Position numbers and translations under genes: made by a program
Part shown: one piece after another, positions 28,807-38,183 of the stretch
Position numbering within the stretch: the first letter of the stretch is position 1
Layout of the letters: each line of letters starts with the position of its first letter
DNA from: Candidatus Omnitrophota bacterium
Lineage (GTDB): Bacteria > Omnitrophota > Gorgyraeia > Gygaellales > Profunditerraquicolaceae
Length of the DNA stretch: 64,000 nucleotides
Assembly (NCBI GenBank): GCA_041663665.1
Contig: JBAYMG010000005.1
Span: forward strand, 1,354 to 65,353
Direction of reading: 5' to 3'
Notes under the pieces: model-generated
The model's input: only the letters and a program-made list of their open reading frames with translations
What the model was told of the DNA's origin: nothing
Database searches by the model: none

Positions 28807-29037
28807 ATGTTGAATAAATGTCCGGGCCAAGATGAACGTAAAGCCAGGGCCGAAAATATAATTTGTTCTAATTGTGGTTATTTAGCTGAAATTTTTTCTG
28901 ATGAAATTCAGGTTAATTGTCCGAAATGCAAGAATCTAATTTCTAAGGAACTGCTTCCTTCTTGCATTGATTGGTGTAAGGCAGCCAGGGAATGTATTGG
29001 AGAACAAAGGTGGCGTAAACTTCAAGGGGGTGTGTAA
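28807..29037 (+). CDS. Small Cys-rich zinc-ribbon-like protein, translationally coupled to hcp
   Basis: CSNCGY...CPKC plus a CIDWC...C cluster. SD AAAGGGGA, and the stop overlaps the hcp start. Confidence 0.45.
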   Translation: MLNKCPGQDERKARAENIICSNCGYLAEIFSDEIQVNCPKCKNLISKELLPSCIDWCKAARECIGEQRWRKLQGGV

Positions 29038-30326
29038 TGTTTTGTTACCAATGTGAGCAGACAGCTCTAGGCACGGGTTGCACAAAATCCGGTGTATGCG
29101 GTAAAAATGAGGATATCCAAAGCTTGCAAGATACGCTTTTGTACGGTTTAAAAGGTATCGCTGCTTATGCGTTTCATGCCCGCCAATTAGGTTTTCGCGA
29201 TGAACAGGTAGATGCTTTTCTGCACGAAGCACTTTTTAAGACTATAACTAATGTAAGTTTTGACTTAAATCAATATCTTGAGTTGGTTTTGAGATGCGGA
29301 GAAATGAATTTAAAGATAATGGAGGTGTTGGATAAAGCGCATACACAAAAATTTGGTAATCCTGTACCCACACAGGTTGAAACCGGAACAAAAGCCGGCC
29401 CGGGTATTTTAATTACCGGGCATGATTTGTTGGATCTTTATGAACTGCTTAAGCAAACTGAAGGCACAGGGATAAATGTTTATACGCATGGGGAAATGCT
29501 TCCGGCACACGGTTATCCGGAGTTGAAAAAGTTTAAGCACTTAGCAGGTAACTACGGTGGGGCTTGGCAGGAGCAGAAAAAAGAGTTTAACACTTTTAGC
29601 GGTGCTTTGTTAGCAACGACAAACTGTGTGTTAATTCCTCCGGAAAATACGTATTTGGACAGGCTTTTTACGATAGGTATTACCGGTGTGGCAGGGGCAA
29701 CGCATTTAAAAAATCGTGATTTTAAGGCTCTGATGGGAAAAGCTAAATCATTACCTCCTTTGCCGGATGCACCGGGCAAAAAGATTTTAACCGGGTTTCA
29801 TCATACGGCAATTTTAGGCTTAGCAGATAAAATTATTCTAGCGATTAAAGCCGGGAAAATTAAGCATTTCTTTTTGATTGGCGGATGCGATGGTGCAAAG
29901 CCGGGCCGCAATTATTACACAGAGTTTGCCGAAAGAGTGCCTCAGGATTGCATAATTCTCACTTTGGCTTGTGGTAAATATCGTTTTAACAAGCTTGATT
30001 TTGGTGAGATAGAGGGTATTCCCAGGTTAATTGATATTGGACAGTGCAATAATGCTTATTCTGCCATTCAAGTAGCAGTGGCATTGTCTAAGGCATTTAA
30101 TTGTACAGTAAGCCAGCTTCCTTTGACCCTGGTGCTTTCCTGGTTTGAGCAAAAAGCAGTTGCCATTCTATTATCTTTATTGTATCTTAATATTAAAGGT
30201 ATCTATATCGGGCCAACTCCACCGGCATTTATCAGTAAAAATGTTTTTGGCCTCTTACAAGAAAAATTTGACCTGAAACTAATTAGTACTCCAGAGAGTG
30301 ATTTAAAAAAGATATTGGGAAAATAG
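29037..30326 (+). CDS. hcp: Hybrid-cluster protein (hydroxylamine reductase), short class-3 type
   Basis: N-terminal MFCYQCEQT...GCTKSGVCGK cysteine motif. 429 aa. Confidence 0.85.
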   Translation: MFCYQCEQTALGTGCTKSGVCGKNEDIQSLQDTLLYGLKGIAAYAFHARQLGFRDEQVDAFLHEALFKTITNVSFDLNQYLELVLRCGEMNLKIMEVLDKAHTQKFGNPVPTQVETGTKAGPGILITGHDLLDLYELLKQTEGTGINVYTHGEMLPAHGYPELKKFKHLAGNYGGAWQEQKKEFNTFSGALLATTNCVLIPPENTYLDRLFTIGITGVAGATHLKNRDFKALMGKAKSLPPLPDAPGKKILTGFHHTAILGLADKIILAIKAGKIKHFFLIGGCDGAKPGRNYYTEFAERVPQDCIILTLACGKYRFNKLDFGEIEGIPRLIDIGQCNNAYSAIQVAVALSKAFNCTVSQLPLTLVLSWFEQKAVAILLSLLYLNIKGIYIGPTPPAFISKNVFGLLQEKFDLKLISTPESDLKKILGK

Positions 30327-30340
30327 CGAGGAGGCGGATA

Positions 30341-30736
30341 ATGGCAGATTTTAAAGATTTATTGCAGAGTGCAGACTGGAAAACTGAAAAACACGCCCCG
30401 GTTATTGATGTGCCGGACAAGATAAGCAAGGGTGACATTTTAAAGATCGATGTCAGTGTCGGTAAACAAATAGCCCATCCGAATACTACTGATCATCATA
30501 TTAAATTTATCGAAGTATATTTTTTAGCAACCGGGGAGAAATTTCCTTATCAGGTGGCTCGTTTTGAGTTTACTGTGCATGGAGAGTCTACTCAAGGGCC
30601 AAATACCAGTACTATATTCTCTGAGCCTAAGATAACCACATCTTTTAAGACTGAAAAAAGTGGCGTAATTATGGCTGTTTCTTATTGTAATATTCATGGG
30701 CTTTGGAAGAGCGAGAAAGAAGTTAAGGTAGAATAA
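30341..30736 (+). CDS. Superoxide reductase (1Fe-SOR/neelaredoxin-type)
   Basis: EKHAPVIDV motif and His/Cys ligand spacing in a 131-aa protein. Confidence 0.8.
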   Translation: MADFKDLLQSADWKTEKHAPVIDVPDKISKGDILKIDVSVGKQIAHPNTTDHHIKFIEVYFLATGEKFPYQVARFEFTVHGESTQGPNTSTIFSEPKITTSFKTEKSGVIMAVSYCNIHGLWKSEKEVKVE

Positions 30737-30758
30737 GGGGCGAAAAAAGGAGGTCAGT

Positions 30759-31142
30759 ATGTGTTGTATTTTTTTGTTTACAGCTTTAAAAGCGATTGTT
30801 CCGATTGCGATATTATTGACAATAAGTTTCTTTGTTCTTTTGTCGATGCGCAAAGTAGAAGAGAAAGGTTTAAGGGCTTTTGGTTATGTGGCGGTAAGTT
30901 TTCTTTGGCTGGCAATTTTAGTAGTCTTTTCAGGGGCAATTTATAAAACGGCTGCCGGTCCTTTTGGGGAGAGGCGTACAGCGCAGCAAAAGATGAGAAA
31001 TTGCGATATGCCGCAGATGATGCAGCAAAACAGAATGCCGAACATGGTTATGCCGGATAAAGGTATGTCGGTTAAGGATGAAAGAAATTTTAAGGCTCCT
31101 AAGTGTGGTGGGAATAAAGGGATGGTGTTTAAAGCAGAATAA
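30759..31142 (+). CDS. Hypothetical membrane protein with Met-rich C-terminal tail
   Basis: TM helices followed by a QKMRNCDMPQMMQQNRMPNMVMPDKGM tail. Confidence 0.4.
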   Translation: MCCIFLFTALKAIVPIAILLTISFFVLLSMRKVEEKGLRAFGYVAVSFLWLAILVVFSGAIYKTAAGPFGERRTAQQKMRNCDMPQMMQQNRMPNMVMPDKGMSVKDERNFKAPKCGGNKGMVFKAE

Positions 31143-31175
31143 ATTATTGATTAGGATTTTATGCCAGGAGGGAAA

Positions 31176-31337
31176 ATGGGTAAATACAAATGTTTGGTCT
31201 GCGGTTATATTTACTACCCTAGTGCCGGAGATCCGGAGAATGGAATTGCCCCGGGTACAAGTTTTGAAGATTTACCAGATACCTGGGTTTGTCCCGAATG
31301 CGGCGTCGGTAAAGACCAATTTGAAAAAGTAGTTTAG
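31176..31337 (+). CDS. Rubredoxin (53 aa; absent from the provided ORF track)
   Basis: [53 protein letters not shown], with the two CxxCG knuckles. Confidence 0.85.
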   Translation: MGKYKCLVCGYIYYPSAGDPENGIAPGTSFEDLPDTWVCPECGVGKDQFEKVV

Positions 31338-31362
31338 TTTCTAGCTAGAGTATTAAGTTAAA

Positions 31363-32067
31363 ATGCCTCAGGAGATTCAGGTAAAAGTAAAAGAAATTAT
31401 CCAGCGTAATTATAATGTTAAGAGCGTTCGACTGGACCTTGCCGGTAATTTAGATTTTAAAGCCGGACAATTTCTTTCTGTTTCCATTGGCAGTGGACCG
31501 GGGATGAAAAAATACCTTTCTATTTCCAGTTCTCCGACCGAAAAATGTTATTTAGAATTTACTAAGAAATTAAGCGCAAGTGATTTTTCTAAGGCGCTGG
31601 ATAATTTAAAAGCCGAGGATGAAGTAACTATCCAATATCCTTTCGGTAAGTTTGTTTTGGATGAGGTTTCCCCTAAGATTGCTTTTTTATCCGGCGGGAT
31701 TGGGATTACTCCTATCCGCAGCATGATCAAATATGTAGTCGATAAAAATTTAGGCACTGATGTAGTGTTGGTTTATTCAAATCGAGCCGTGCGGGATATA
31801 GTTTTTAAAGAAGACCTTGAAGGGATGCAAAAGAAATATCCTCTTTTAAAAGTTTCACATATATTGTGTGAAGCCGAACCGAAATTTAATTGTATTGTCG
31901 GTTTAATTAACAGCAGGATAATCAGAGATGAAATTCCAGATTACCAGGAAAGAAAGTTTTATCTTTGTGGCCCGCCGTTGATGGTTGAAGCAATGCACAA
32001 AATACTGTCTGATGATTTAAATTTAACTGAAGAAAAAATAATTAGAGAAAACTTCCAGGGTTATTAA
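31363..32067 (+). CDS. FNR-like FAD/NAD(P)-binding oxidoreductase (candidate NAD(P)H:rubredoxin reductase partner)
   Basis: FAD-binding six-stranded barrel plus a NAD-binding pattern (GQFLSVSIG...LSGGIGITP). Confidence 0.6.
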   Translation: MPQEIQVKVKEIIQRNYNVKSVRLDLAGNLDFKAGQFLSVSIGSGPGMKKYLSISSSPTEKCYLEFTKKLSASDFSKALDNLKAEDEVTIQYPFGKFVLDEVSPKIAFLSGGIGITPIRSMIKYVVDKNLGTDVVLVYSNRAVRDIVFKEDLEGMQKKYPLLKVSHILCEAEPKFNCIVGLINSRIIRDEIPDYQERKFYLCGPPLMVEAMHKILSDDLNLTEEKIIRENFQGY

Positions 32068-32093
32068 TTTGTTTTAAGTCAGGGGGGGGCTTA

Positions 32094-33278
32094 ATGGCAG
32101 CTACAAAGATATTACCGGATATATATTCAGTCGGGGTTGTTGATTGGAATGTACGTAATTTTCACGGGCATACGTATACTACGCAGAGAGGCTCTAGCTA
32201 TAATGCTTATTTGATAATTGATGAAAAGATTACGCTGGTTGATACTGTTCATGGTGCGTTCGCTCAAGAATTAATTGACAACATTAAGGAAGTTATCCCT
32301 CTTGAAAAGATCGATTATATTATTGTCAACCATGTGGAATCTGATCATTCTGGGGCGCTGCCTGATATTATGCCGCTTTGCCCTAGAGCTAAAATTTTGG
32401 GCACTGCTAAGTGTAAAGAAGGCCTGTATAGGCATTATTATAAGGATTGGGATTTTCAGGTTGTTAAGACAGGGGATGAGTTGAAGCTGGGCAGGCGCAC
32501 CCTTTCCTTTATTGAAGCTCCGATGATTCATTGGCCGGACAGCATGTTTACTTACTGTCTGCAAGATGCCTTGCTTATGCCTAATGATGCTTTTGGCCAG
32601 CATTTTGCTGCAAGCGAACTTTTTGATGACCAGGTTGATCAGTGTGTTTTAATGGATGAGGCTGAAAAATATTACGCTAACATTCTTTGGCCGTTGGGAT
32701 CAGTAATCCTGAGGAAAATCCAGGAAGTTCAGAAATTAAATATACCGATTAAGATAATCGCACCCAGCCATGGAATTATCTGGCGTAAAGATCCGAATAA
32801 AATAATTAATGCTTATGTTTCCTGGGCTAAAGGTGAAACTAAAAATAAAGTAGTTATAGCTTATGAGACGATGTGGGGAGCAACTGAGAAAATGGCTAAG
32901 AAGATTGCCCTGGGCATCCAGTCTCAAGGGGTAGAGGTTAAGCTTTATGATGTAGCTGGCAGTGATCGTACCGAAATAATTACTCAAATGTTGTCTTCCA
33001 GTGGTTTTCTTTTTGGCTCTTCTACCCACGACAATGATATGCTGCCGAATATCGCCGGTTTCTTGGAAATTGTTAAAGGCCTTAAACCTAAAGGCCGGCA
33101 AATAAGTTTTTTTGGTTCATACGGCTGGGCCGGCGGAGCAGTCAAGGAAATGCAGGAAATGCTTGTTAATAGCGGAGCTAACTTTAATCTTCCGGGGGTG
33201 TCTTTTAAATATGTCCCCGACAAGGCTGAGTTAGAAAACTGTTTTAAATTTGGCGTCAATTTTGCCAAACTTTTATAA
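32094..33278 (+). CDS. Flavodiiron protein (rubredoxin:O2/NO oxidoreductase, FprA/ROO)
   Basis: Metallo-beta-lactamase-like HVESDHSG diiron motif plus a C-terminal flavodoxin domain. Confidence 0.85.
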   Translation: MAATKILPDIYSVGVVDWNVRNFHGHTYTTQRGSSYNAYLIIDEKITLVDTVHGAFAQELIDNIKEVIPLEKIDYIIVNHVESDHSGALPDIMPLCPRAKILGTAKCKEGLYRHYYKDWDFQVVKTGDELKLGRRTLSFIEAPMIHWPDSMFTYCLQDALLMPNDAFGQHFAASELFDDQVDQCVLMDEAEKYYANILWPLGSVILRKIQEVQKLNIPIKIIAPSHGIIWRKDPNKIINAYVSWAKGETKNKVVIAYETMWGATEKMAKKIALGIQSQGVEVKLYDVAGSDRTEIITQMLSSSGFLFGSSTHDNDMLPNIAGFLEIVKGLKPKGRQISFFGSYGWAGGAVKEMQEMLVNSGANFNLPGVSFKYVPDKAELENCFKFGVNFAKLL

Positions 33279-33757
33279 TGAAGCAAATTTCCCCGGAACT
33301 AATTAGTTTTTTACATCTCCAAAGTTTTGTGATAGTTACTTCAATAGATAAGGGGGGTTTTCCCCATAGTTCATGTAAAGCCATAGCCAAGATTGATTCG
33401 GTTGGTTTGATTTATCTAATTGATGTTTATCGCGGATTGACCGGTGAGAATATAAAACGTAATCCGTTAGCTGGCATTAGCGTTGTTGATGAGCATAAAT
33501 TTATAGGCTATTGTTTTAAGGGTAAAGCTAGAATTTTGCCTGATGATAACATAAGTCAGGAGATGATTAAGAAATGGGAGGATAATATTACCTCTCGTTT
33601 GGCAAAAAGATTATTGGTAAACTTATCTGCTGATAAAACTTTACGGCATCATCCTGAGGCTAGCTTGCCAAAACCCCAGCAGCTTATTGTTTTTGAGGTT
33701 GAGGATGTAGTTGATCTTGCTCCGCGTCACTTAAAAAAGGAGGTAACACATGGCTAA
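33278..33757 (+). CDS. Split-barrel FMN-binding protein (pyridoxamine 5'-phosphate oxidase-like), tentative
   Basis: Size and hydrophobic pattern only. Confidence 0.35.
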   Translation: MKQISPELISFLHLQSFVIVTSIDKGGFPHSSCKAIAKIDSVGLIYLIDVYRGLTGENIKRNPLAGISVVDEHKFIGYCFKGKARILPDDNISQEMIKKWEDNITSRLAKRLLVNLSADKTLRHHPEASLPKPQQLIVFEVEDVVDLAPRHLKKEVTHG

Positions 33758-33986
33758 AAGTGTAAAAGTTTACAGTACTCCTACTTGCCCCTGGTGCCTT
33801 CGGGTTAAAGGTTTTTTAAAGGAAAATAATATTGAATTTAAGAATTTTGATGTTGCAGTTGATTCCGGCGCAGCAGACGAAATGGTTAAAATCAGCGGAC
33901 AAATGGGTGTACCGGTTTTAGATATTGAAGGTGAAATTATTGTTGGGTTTGACAAAGAAAAAATAAAGCAGTCGCTAAATTTATAA
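33750..33986 (+). CDS. Glutaredoxin-like protein (CPWC active site)
   Basis: YSTPTCPWC thioredoxin fold at 78 aa, directly upstream of trxB. Confidence 0.65.
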   Translation: MAKSVKVYSTPTCPWCLRVKGFLKENNIEFKNFDVAVDSGAADEMVKISGQMGVPVLDIEGEIIVGFDKEKIKQSLNL

Positions 33987-34000
33987 TTTTTCGGGTCGCC

Positions 34001-34918
34001 ATGCAAATCTACGATTTGATTATTATCGGCGCAGGTCCAGCGGGAATTACAGCCAGTATTTATGCGGCTAGAAAAAAGCTGAATTTTTTAGTGATTAGCT
34101 TAAATATCGGCGGGCAAGCTGCCTGGAGCGGGGATATTGAAAATTATACCGGTTATCAATTTATTACCGGACCGGATTTGGCGCAGAAATTTGAAGAGCA
34201 TATTCGTAAATACGGTATTGAGCTTAAAGAAAATGAAGCGGTTCTTGCGCTTAAGAAGTCCGGCGAAACAATTTTCGTAAAAACCAATAAGGCAGATTAT
34301 CAGGCAAGATGTGTAATTATTGCTTCGGGGAAGAAATCAAAAGAACTGGCAGTCCCGGGAGAAAACGAATTTAAGAATCATGGTTTAACCTATTGCGCAA
34401 CTTGTGATGGGCCATTGTTTTCAGGCAGGGACGTAGCCGTAATCGGCGGCGGTAATTCTGCACTAGATGCTGCTTTGCAGTTAATTAAAATCGCCAGGTT
34501 TATTTATATAGTAAATAGCGCAGACCAGCTCCTCGGGGATATGGTAATGCGTCAGAAGATAGAAGAAGCTGGCAATGTTAAGATTTTAAATAATTCCCAA
34601 GTTTTAGCTGTGCTTGGTGATAAATTTGTTAAGGCGATTAAAATAAAGTATGGGGGAATAGAAAAAGAATTGGCAGTTAGTGGTGTTTTTGTTGAGATCG
34701 GGCTTTTTCCCAATTCCGAATTCGTAGAGGGAGTTGAAAAAAATCAAAAAAAGGAAATTGTCGTTAATTTGCATAACCAAACGAATATTCCAGGGATTTT
34801 TGCCGCGGGGGATGTTACCGATGTCCCGGAGAAACAGATTATTATTGCTGCCGGAGAAGGTTCAAAAGCTGCCCTAAGTGTTTTTCGTTATTTGGCTAAG
34901 ACAAGGTTTTCGGGATAA
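34001..34918 (+). CDS. trxB: Thioredoxin-disulfide reductase
   Basis: GAGPAG FAD motif and the CATCDG redox-active disulfide. Confidence 0.8.
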   Translation: MQIYDLIIIGAGPAGITASIYAARKKLNFLVISLNIGGQAAWSGDIENYTGYQFITGPDLAQKFEEHIRKYGIELKENEAVLALKKSGETIFVKTNKADYQARCVIIASGKKSKELAVPGENEFKNHGLTYCATCDGPLFSGRDVAVIGGGNSALDAALQLIKIARFIYIVNSADQLLGDMVMRQKIEEAGNVKILNNSQVLAVLGDKFVKAIKIKYGGIEKELAVSGVFVEIGLFPNSEFVEGVEKNQKKEIVVNLHNQTNIPGIFAAGDVTDVPEKQIIIAAGEGSKAALSVFRYLAKTRFSG

Positions 34919-34979
34919 ATATGTTGTCAGTATTTTTTGCGATGGTACAATAAAACAAAATTAACCAGAGGAGGATAAG

Positions 34980-35201
34980 ATGAGAGAGAGAATCGAAAAA
35001 GCTTTAGATAAAGTCAGGCCGATGTTAGCTGCGGATGGTGGTAATGTTGAATTAGTTGATGTAACAGCTGACGGGGTGGTTAAATTAAAGTTAAAAGGAA
35101 GCTGCGGATGCTGTCCGATGAGCTCGATGACCTTAAAGAACGGCATTGAGAAAATCTTAAGGCAGGAAGTTCCGGAAATAAAAGAAGTAGTCGCGTTATA
35201 A
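34980..35201 (+). CDS. NifU-like (Nfu) Fe-S cluster carrier domain protein
   Basis: [11 protein letters not shown] motif. Confidence 0.75.
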   Translation: MRERIEKALDKVRPMLAADGGNVELVDVTADGVVKLKLKGSCGCCPMSSMTLKNGIEKILRQEVPEIKEVVAL

Positions 35202-35217
35202 TTGAGTTTTAGCCGTA

Positions 35218-36021
35218 ATGCTTACGAAGAATTTAGCTGTTCTTAAAAGTATAATTTCTAAGTATCAATCGTGTTTAGTAGCCTTCTCCGGAGGACAGGA
35301 CAGCGCGTTTTTACTTAAGGTTTGTTCATTAGTGCTTCCCCCGGATAAAATCCTGGCAGTAACAGCTGTTTCAGCTACTTATCCTGAATCGGAATTAGCC
35401 AAGGCGAAAATCCTGGCAGAAAATATAGGGGTAGGGCTTAAAGTAATCAGGACTGCCGAATTAAGTAATAAAAAGTTTACGGTGAATTCAATCCGGCGCT
35501 GTTATTTCTGTAAAAAAGAGCTTTTTACAAAATTGATTAAGATTGCAAAACAAAATAAGTTAAATTTTGTTTTGGAAGCAAGCAGTCTGACTGATACAAA
35601 AGATTACCGGCCGGGAAGTATTGCTAAAAAAGAGCTCAAAATAAAATCGCCGTTGTTGGAAGCTGGTTTTAGTAAGCCGGATATATGTAAATTAAGTAAG
35701 AAGTTAAAATTGTCTAGCTGGAATAAGCCGAGTTTAGCCTGCTTGGCTTCGCGGGTGCCCTATGGCACAAAAATTACCAGTGATTTATTAAAACGCATTG
35801 ATCGAGCAGAAGTATATTTAAACGGCTTAGGTTTTAAACAAGTGCGCTTGCGCCATTATCATGGGCTTTGCCGGATTGAGGTAGAAAAAAAAGAAATTCC
35901 CCGTCTATTGAGTTACCGTCAGGCAATAATTAAGCGCTTAAAAAGTTTGGGTTATTATTATATTACTTTAGATTTAGAAGGGTATCGAACTGGCAGTTTA
36001 AATGAGGTGATTAATAAATGA
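35218..36021 (+). CDS. PP-loop ATPase, LarE-like/TIGR00268-type
   Basis: SGGQDS PP-loop. The gene sits adjacent to a cysteine desulfurase. Confidence 0.6.
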   Translation: MLTKNLAVLKSIISKYQSCLVAFSGGQDSAFLLKVCSLVLPPDKILAVTAVSATYPESELAKAKILAENIGVGLKVIRTAELSNKKFTVNSIRRCYFCKKELFTKLIKIAKQNKLNFVLEASSLTDTKDYRPGSIAKKELKIKSPLLEAGFSKPDICKLSKKLKLSSWNKPSLACLASRVPYGTKITSDLLKRIDRAEVYLNGLGFKQVRLRHYHGLCRIEVEKKEIPRLLSYRQAIIKRLKSLGYYYITLDLEGYRTGSLNEVINK

Positions 36022-37187
36022 AAAAAGTATATTTAGATTATGCGGCAACTACGCCGACTGATCCGGAAGTCTTAATGGCTATGGAACCCTATTTTTTTGA
36101 GAAATTCGGTAATGCCTCGAGTTTGCATGCCTATGGGCAGGAAGCCAAAAAAGCTCTCGAGGATAGCCGTCAAAGCATTGCGGAGTTTATTGGCGCGCAT
36201 CCCGAGGAAATTGTTTTTACCTCAGGTGGAACAGAGTCGGACAACTTTGCGCTTTTAGGCGTTGCCTATGCTTTGGAAAGTAAGGGTAATCACATCATTA
36301 CTTCTGAGATTGAGCATCATGCTATCAGTGAACCGGCAAAACTTTTAGAAAAAAGAGGTTTTAAAGTAACTTATCTGCCTGTAGATAAAAATGGCATGGT
36401 TTTAGCTGAAGACTTAAAGAAGGCGATTACTGATAAAACTATTTTAATTAGTATTATGCATGCTAATAACGAGATTGGTACTTTGCAGCCGATTGCCCGG
36501 CTGGCCAGCTTGGCTAAAGAAAAGGGAGTTTATTTTCATACTGATGCTGTGCAGACATTCGGGCATATTCCTATAGATGTCAATGAACTTAATGTTGATC
36601 TTTTATCTCTCTCTGCACATAAGTTCTATGGGCCAAAAGGAGTGGGAGCTTTATATATTAAAAAAGGTACCCGAATTGAAACATTTATGCGTGGCGGTGA
36701 TCAGGAAAGAGGCAGGCGTGCATCTACACATAATATTCCCGGAATATTCGGTTGTGCTCAGGCAGTCGGGCTTTGCCAAAAAAATATGGAAAGCGAGATT
36801 AGGTTTCAAACTATTTTGCGCGATAGGTTGATTAAAGAAATCCCTCTTAAAATCCCCGAAGTCAGGCTTAACGGGCACCCTACAGAAAGATTGCCGAATA
36901 ATGTAAATTTTTCTATTAAATACATAGAAGGGGAGTCGATGCTTTTAAGCTTGGATATGCTGGGAATTGCAATTTCTACAGGTAGTGCTTGTACTTCGAG
37001 CTCTCTTGAGCCATCGCATGTTTTATTAGCAATTGGTTTAGATCATGAAACTGCGCATGGATCTTTAAGAATAACTCTTGGCCGGTGGACTTGCGAAAGC
37101 GATATTAATTATTTACTGGAAAAATTGCCTTTAGTTGTGCAGAAGTTACGCGCAATGAGCCCACTCTATGAAAGAAAAGATACTTGA
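36018..37187 (+). CDS. Cysteine desulfurase (NifS/IscS)
   Basis: PLP-Lys motif SAHKFYGPKGVGALY and the C-terminal active-site loop GSACTS. Confidence 0.85.
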   Translation: MKKVYLDYAATTPTDPEVLMAMEPYFFEKFGNASSLHAYGQEAKKALEDSRQSIAEFIGAHPEEIVFTSGGTESDNFALLGVAYALESKGNHIITSEIEHHAISEPAKLLEKRGFKVTYLPVDKNGMVLAEDLKKAITDKTILISIMHANNEIGTLQPIARLASLAKEKGVYFHTDAVQTFGHIPIDVNELNVDLLSLSAHKFYGPKGVGALYIKKGTRIETFMRGGDQERGRRASTHNIPGIFGCAQAVGLCQKNMESEIRFQTILRDRLIKEIPLKIPEVRLNGHPTERLPNNVNFSIKYIEGESMLLSLDMLGIAISTGSACTSSSLEPSHVLLAIGLDHETAHGSLRITLGRWTCESDINYLLEKLPLVVQKLRAMSPLYERKDT

Positions 37188-38124
37188 TTGTTTAAATAAA
37201 GAACACGATTATGTTTCCGGGGATCAAATTAGTAAACATCTGGGCATCAGCCGGCAGGGTTTATGGAAACATATACAGGAGTTAAAAGATTCCGGTTATG
37301 AGATAGTTGCTGTTCCGCATTTAGGTTACCGTTTAGAATCTTGTCCTGACCGGCTTTTTCCTTTCGAAATTTCCCGCAGGCTTAGTACAAAATTCGTTGG
37401 TAAAAAAATCTATTATTTTGATTATCTGGCTTCGACGATGGATCTGGCTATGCAGTTGGGCATGCAGTTGGCCCCCCATGGGACGCTTGTGTTGGCCGAG
37501 TCGCAAACCAAAGGCCGCGGCCGGTTAGGCCGAAGCTGGTTTTCACCGAAATACAAAGGAATTTATTTATCTTTAATTTTAAGGCCGCTTATTCCTCCGG
37601 CAGTTTCTCCTGTACTTACGCTTTTGGCTGCGGTAAGTATCTGTGAGGCGGTAAAAAAAGTCTTGGATTTGGATGTGCAGATTAAATGGCCGAATGATGT
37701 TTTTATCCATAATAAAAAATTTACCGGCATTTTGACTGAGATGAACGCCGAAGTGGATAAAATTAATTTTGTGGTGATCGGTATCGGTTTAAATGTCAAT
37801 AACGATAAAAAATCTTTAATTGCCCAGGCTACTTCTTTAAAAGAACAATCCGGACAGCCGGTAAACCGCGTTGTATTGCTGCAGGAGCTTTTAAGAAAAA
37901 TAGAAAATAATTATTTTTTATTGGAAGATAAGGGGGCTGGGCCGATAATTGATAAATGGCGTAATTTTAGTCTTACTTTGGGCAAGCGGGTTAAAGTCTA
38001 TTGTCAAAATAAGCATATTGAAGGCCAGGCTGTGGATATTGATCAGGATGGCAGCCTGCTTATCCGTAAAGATTCCGGGCTTATCCAAAAAGTTTCAAGC
38101 GGCGATGTTATGCATTGCCGTTAA
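37168..38124 (+). CDS. birA: Bifunctional biotin-protein ligase/biotin operon repressor BirA (with N-terminal HTH)
   Basis: GRGRLGRSWFSP biotin-binding loop and an N-terminal wHTH. Confidence 0.85.
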   Translation: MKEKILDCLNKEHDYVSGDQISKHLGISRQGLWKHIQELKDSGYEIVAVPHLGYRLESCPDRLFPFEISRRLSTKFVGKKIYYFDYLASTMDLAMQLGMQLAPHGTLVLAESQTKGRGRLGRSWFSPKYKGIYLSLILRPLIPPAVSPVLTLLAAVSICEAVKKVLDLDVQIKWPNDVFIHNKKFTGILTEMNAEVDKINFVVIGIGLNVNNDKKSLIAQATSLKEQSGQPVNRVVLLQELLRKIENNYFLLEDKGAGPIIDKWRNFSLTLGKRVKVYCQNKHIEGQAVDIDQDGSLLIRKDSGLIQKVSSGDVMHCR

Positions 38125-38149
38125 TTGTAAACTAAATATAAATTATAGG

Positions 38150-38177
38150 TTGACAGTTAGGCCGCAGGCTTTATAAT
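38150..38177 (+). promoter_or_regulatory. Promoter TTGACA-16-TATAAT with ATG 6 nt downstream (leaderless TonB-receptor mRNA)
   Basis: TTGACAgttaggccgcaggcttTATAATtattccATG. It shares TTGACAGTTAGG with the promoter at 18862. Confidence 0.5.
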
Positions 38178-38183
38178 TATTCC

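Noticed and set aside
33278-33757. Confident functional call for the 159-aa protein as pyridoxamine-phosphate oxidase
   Set aside because: The assignment rests on size and hydrophobic pattern alone. No diagnostic motif was recognised, so it is kept as a low-confidence split-barrel flavoprotein.
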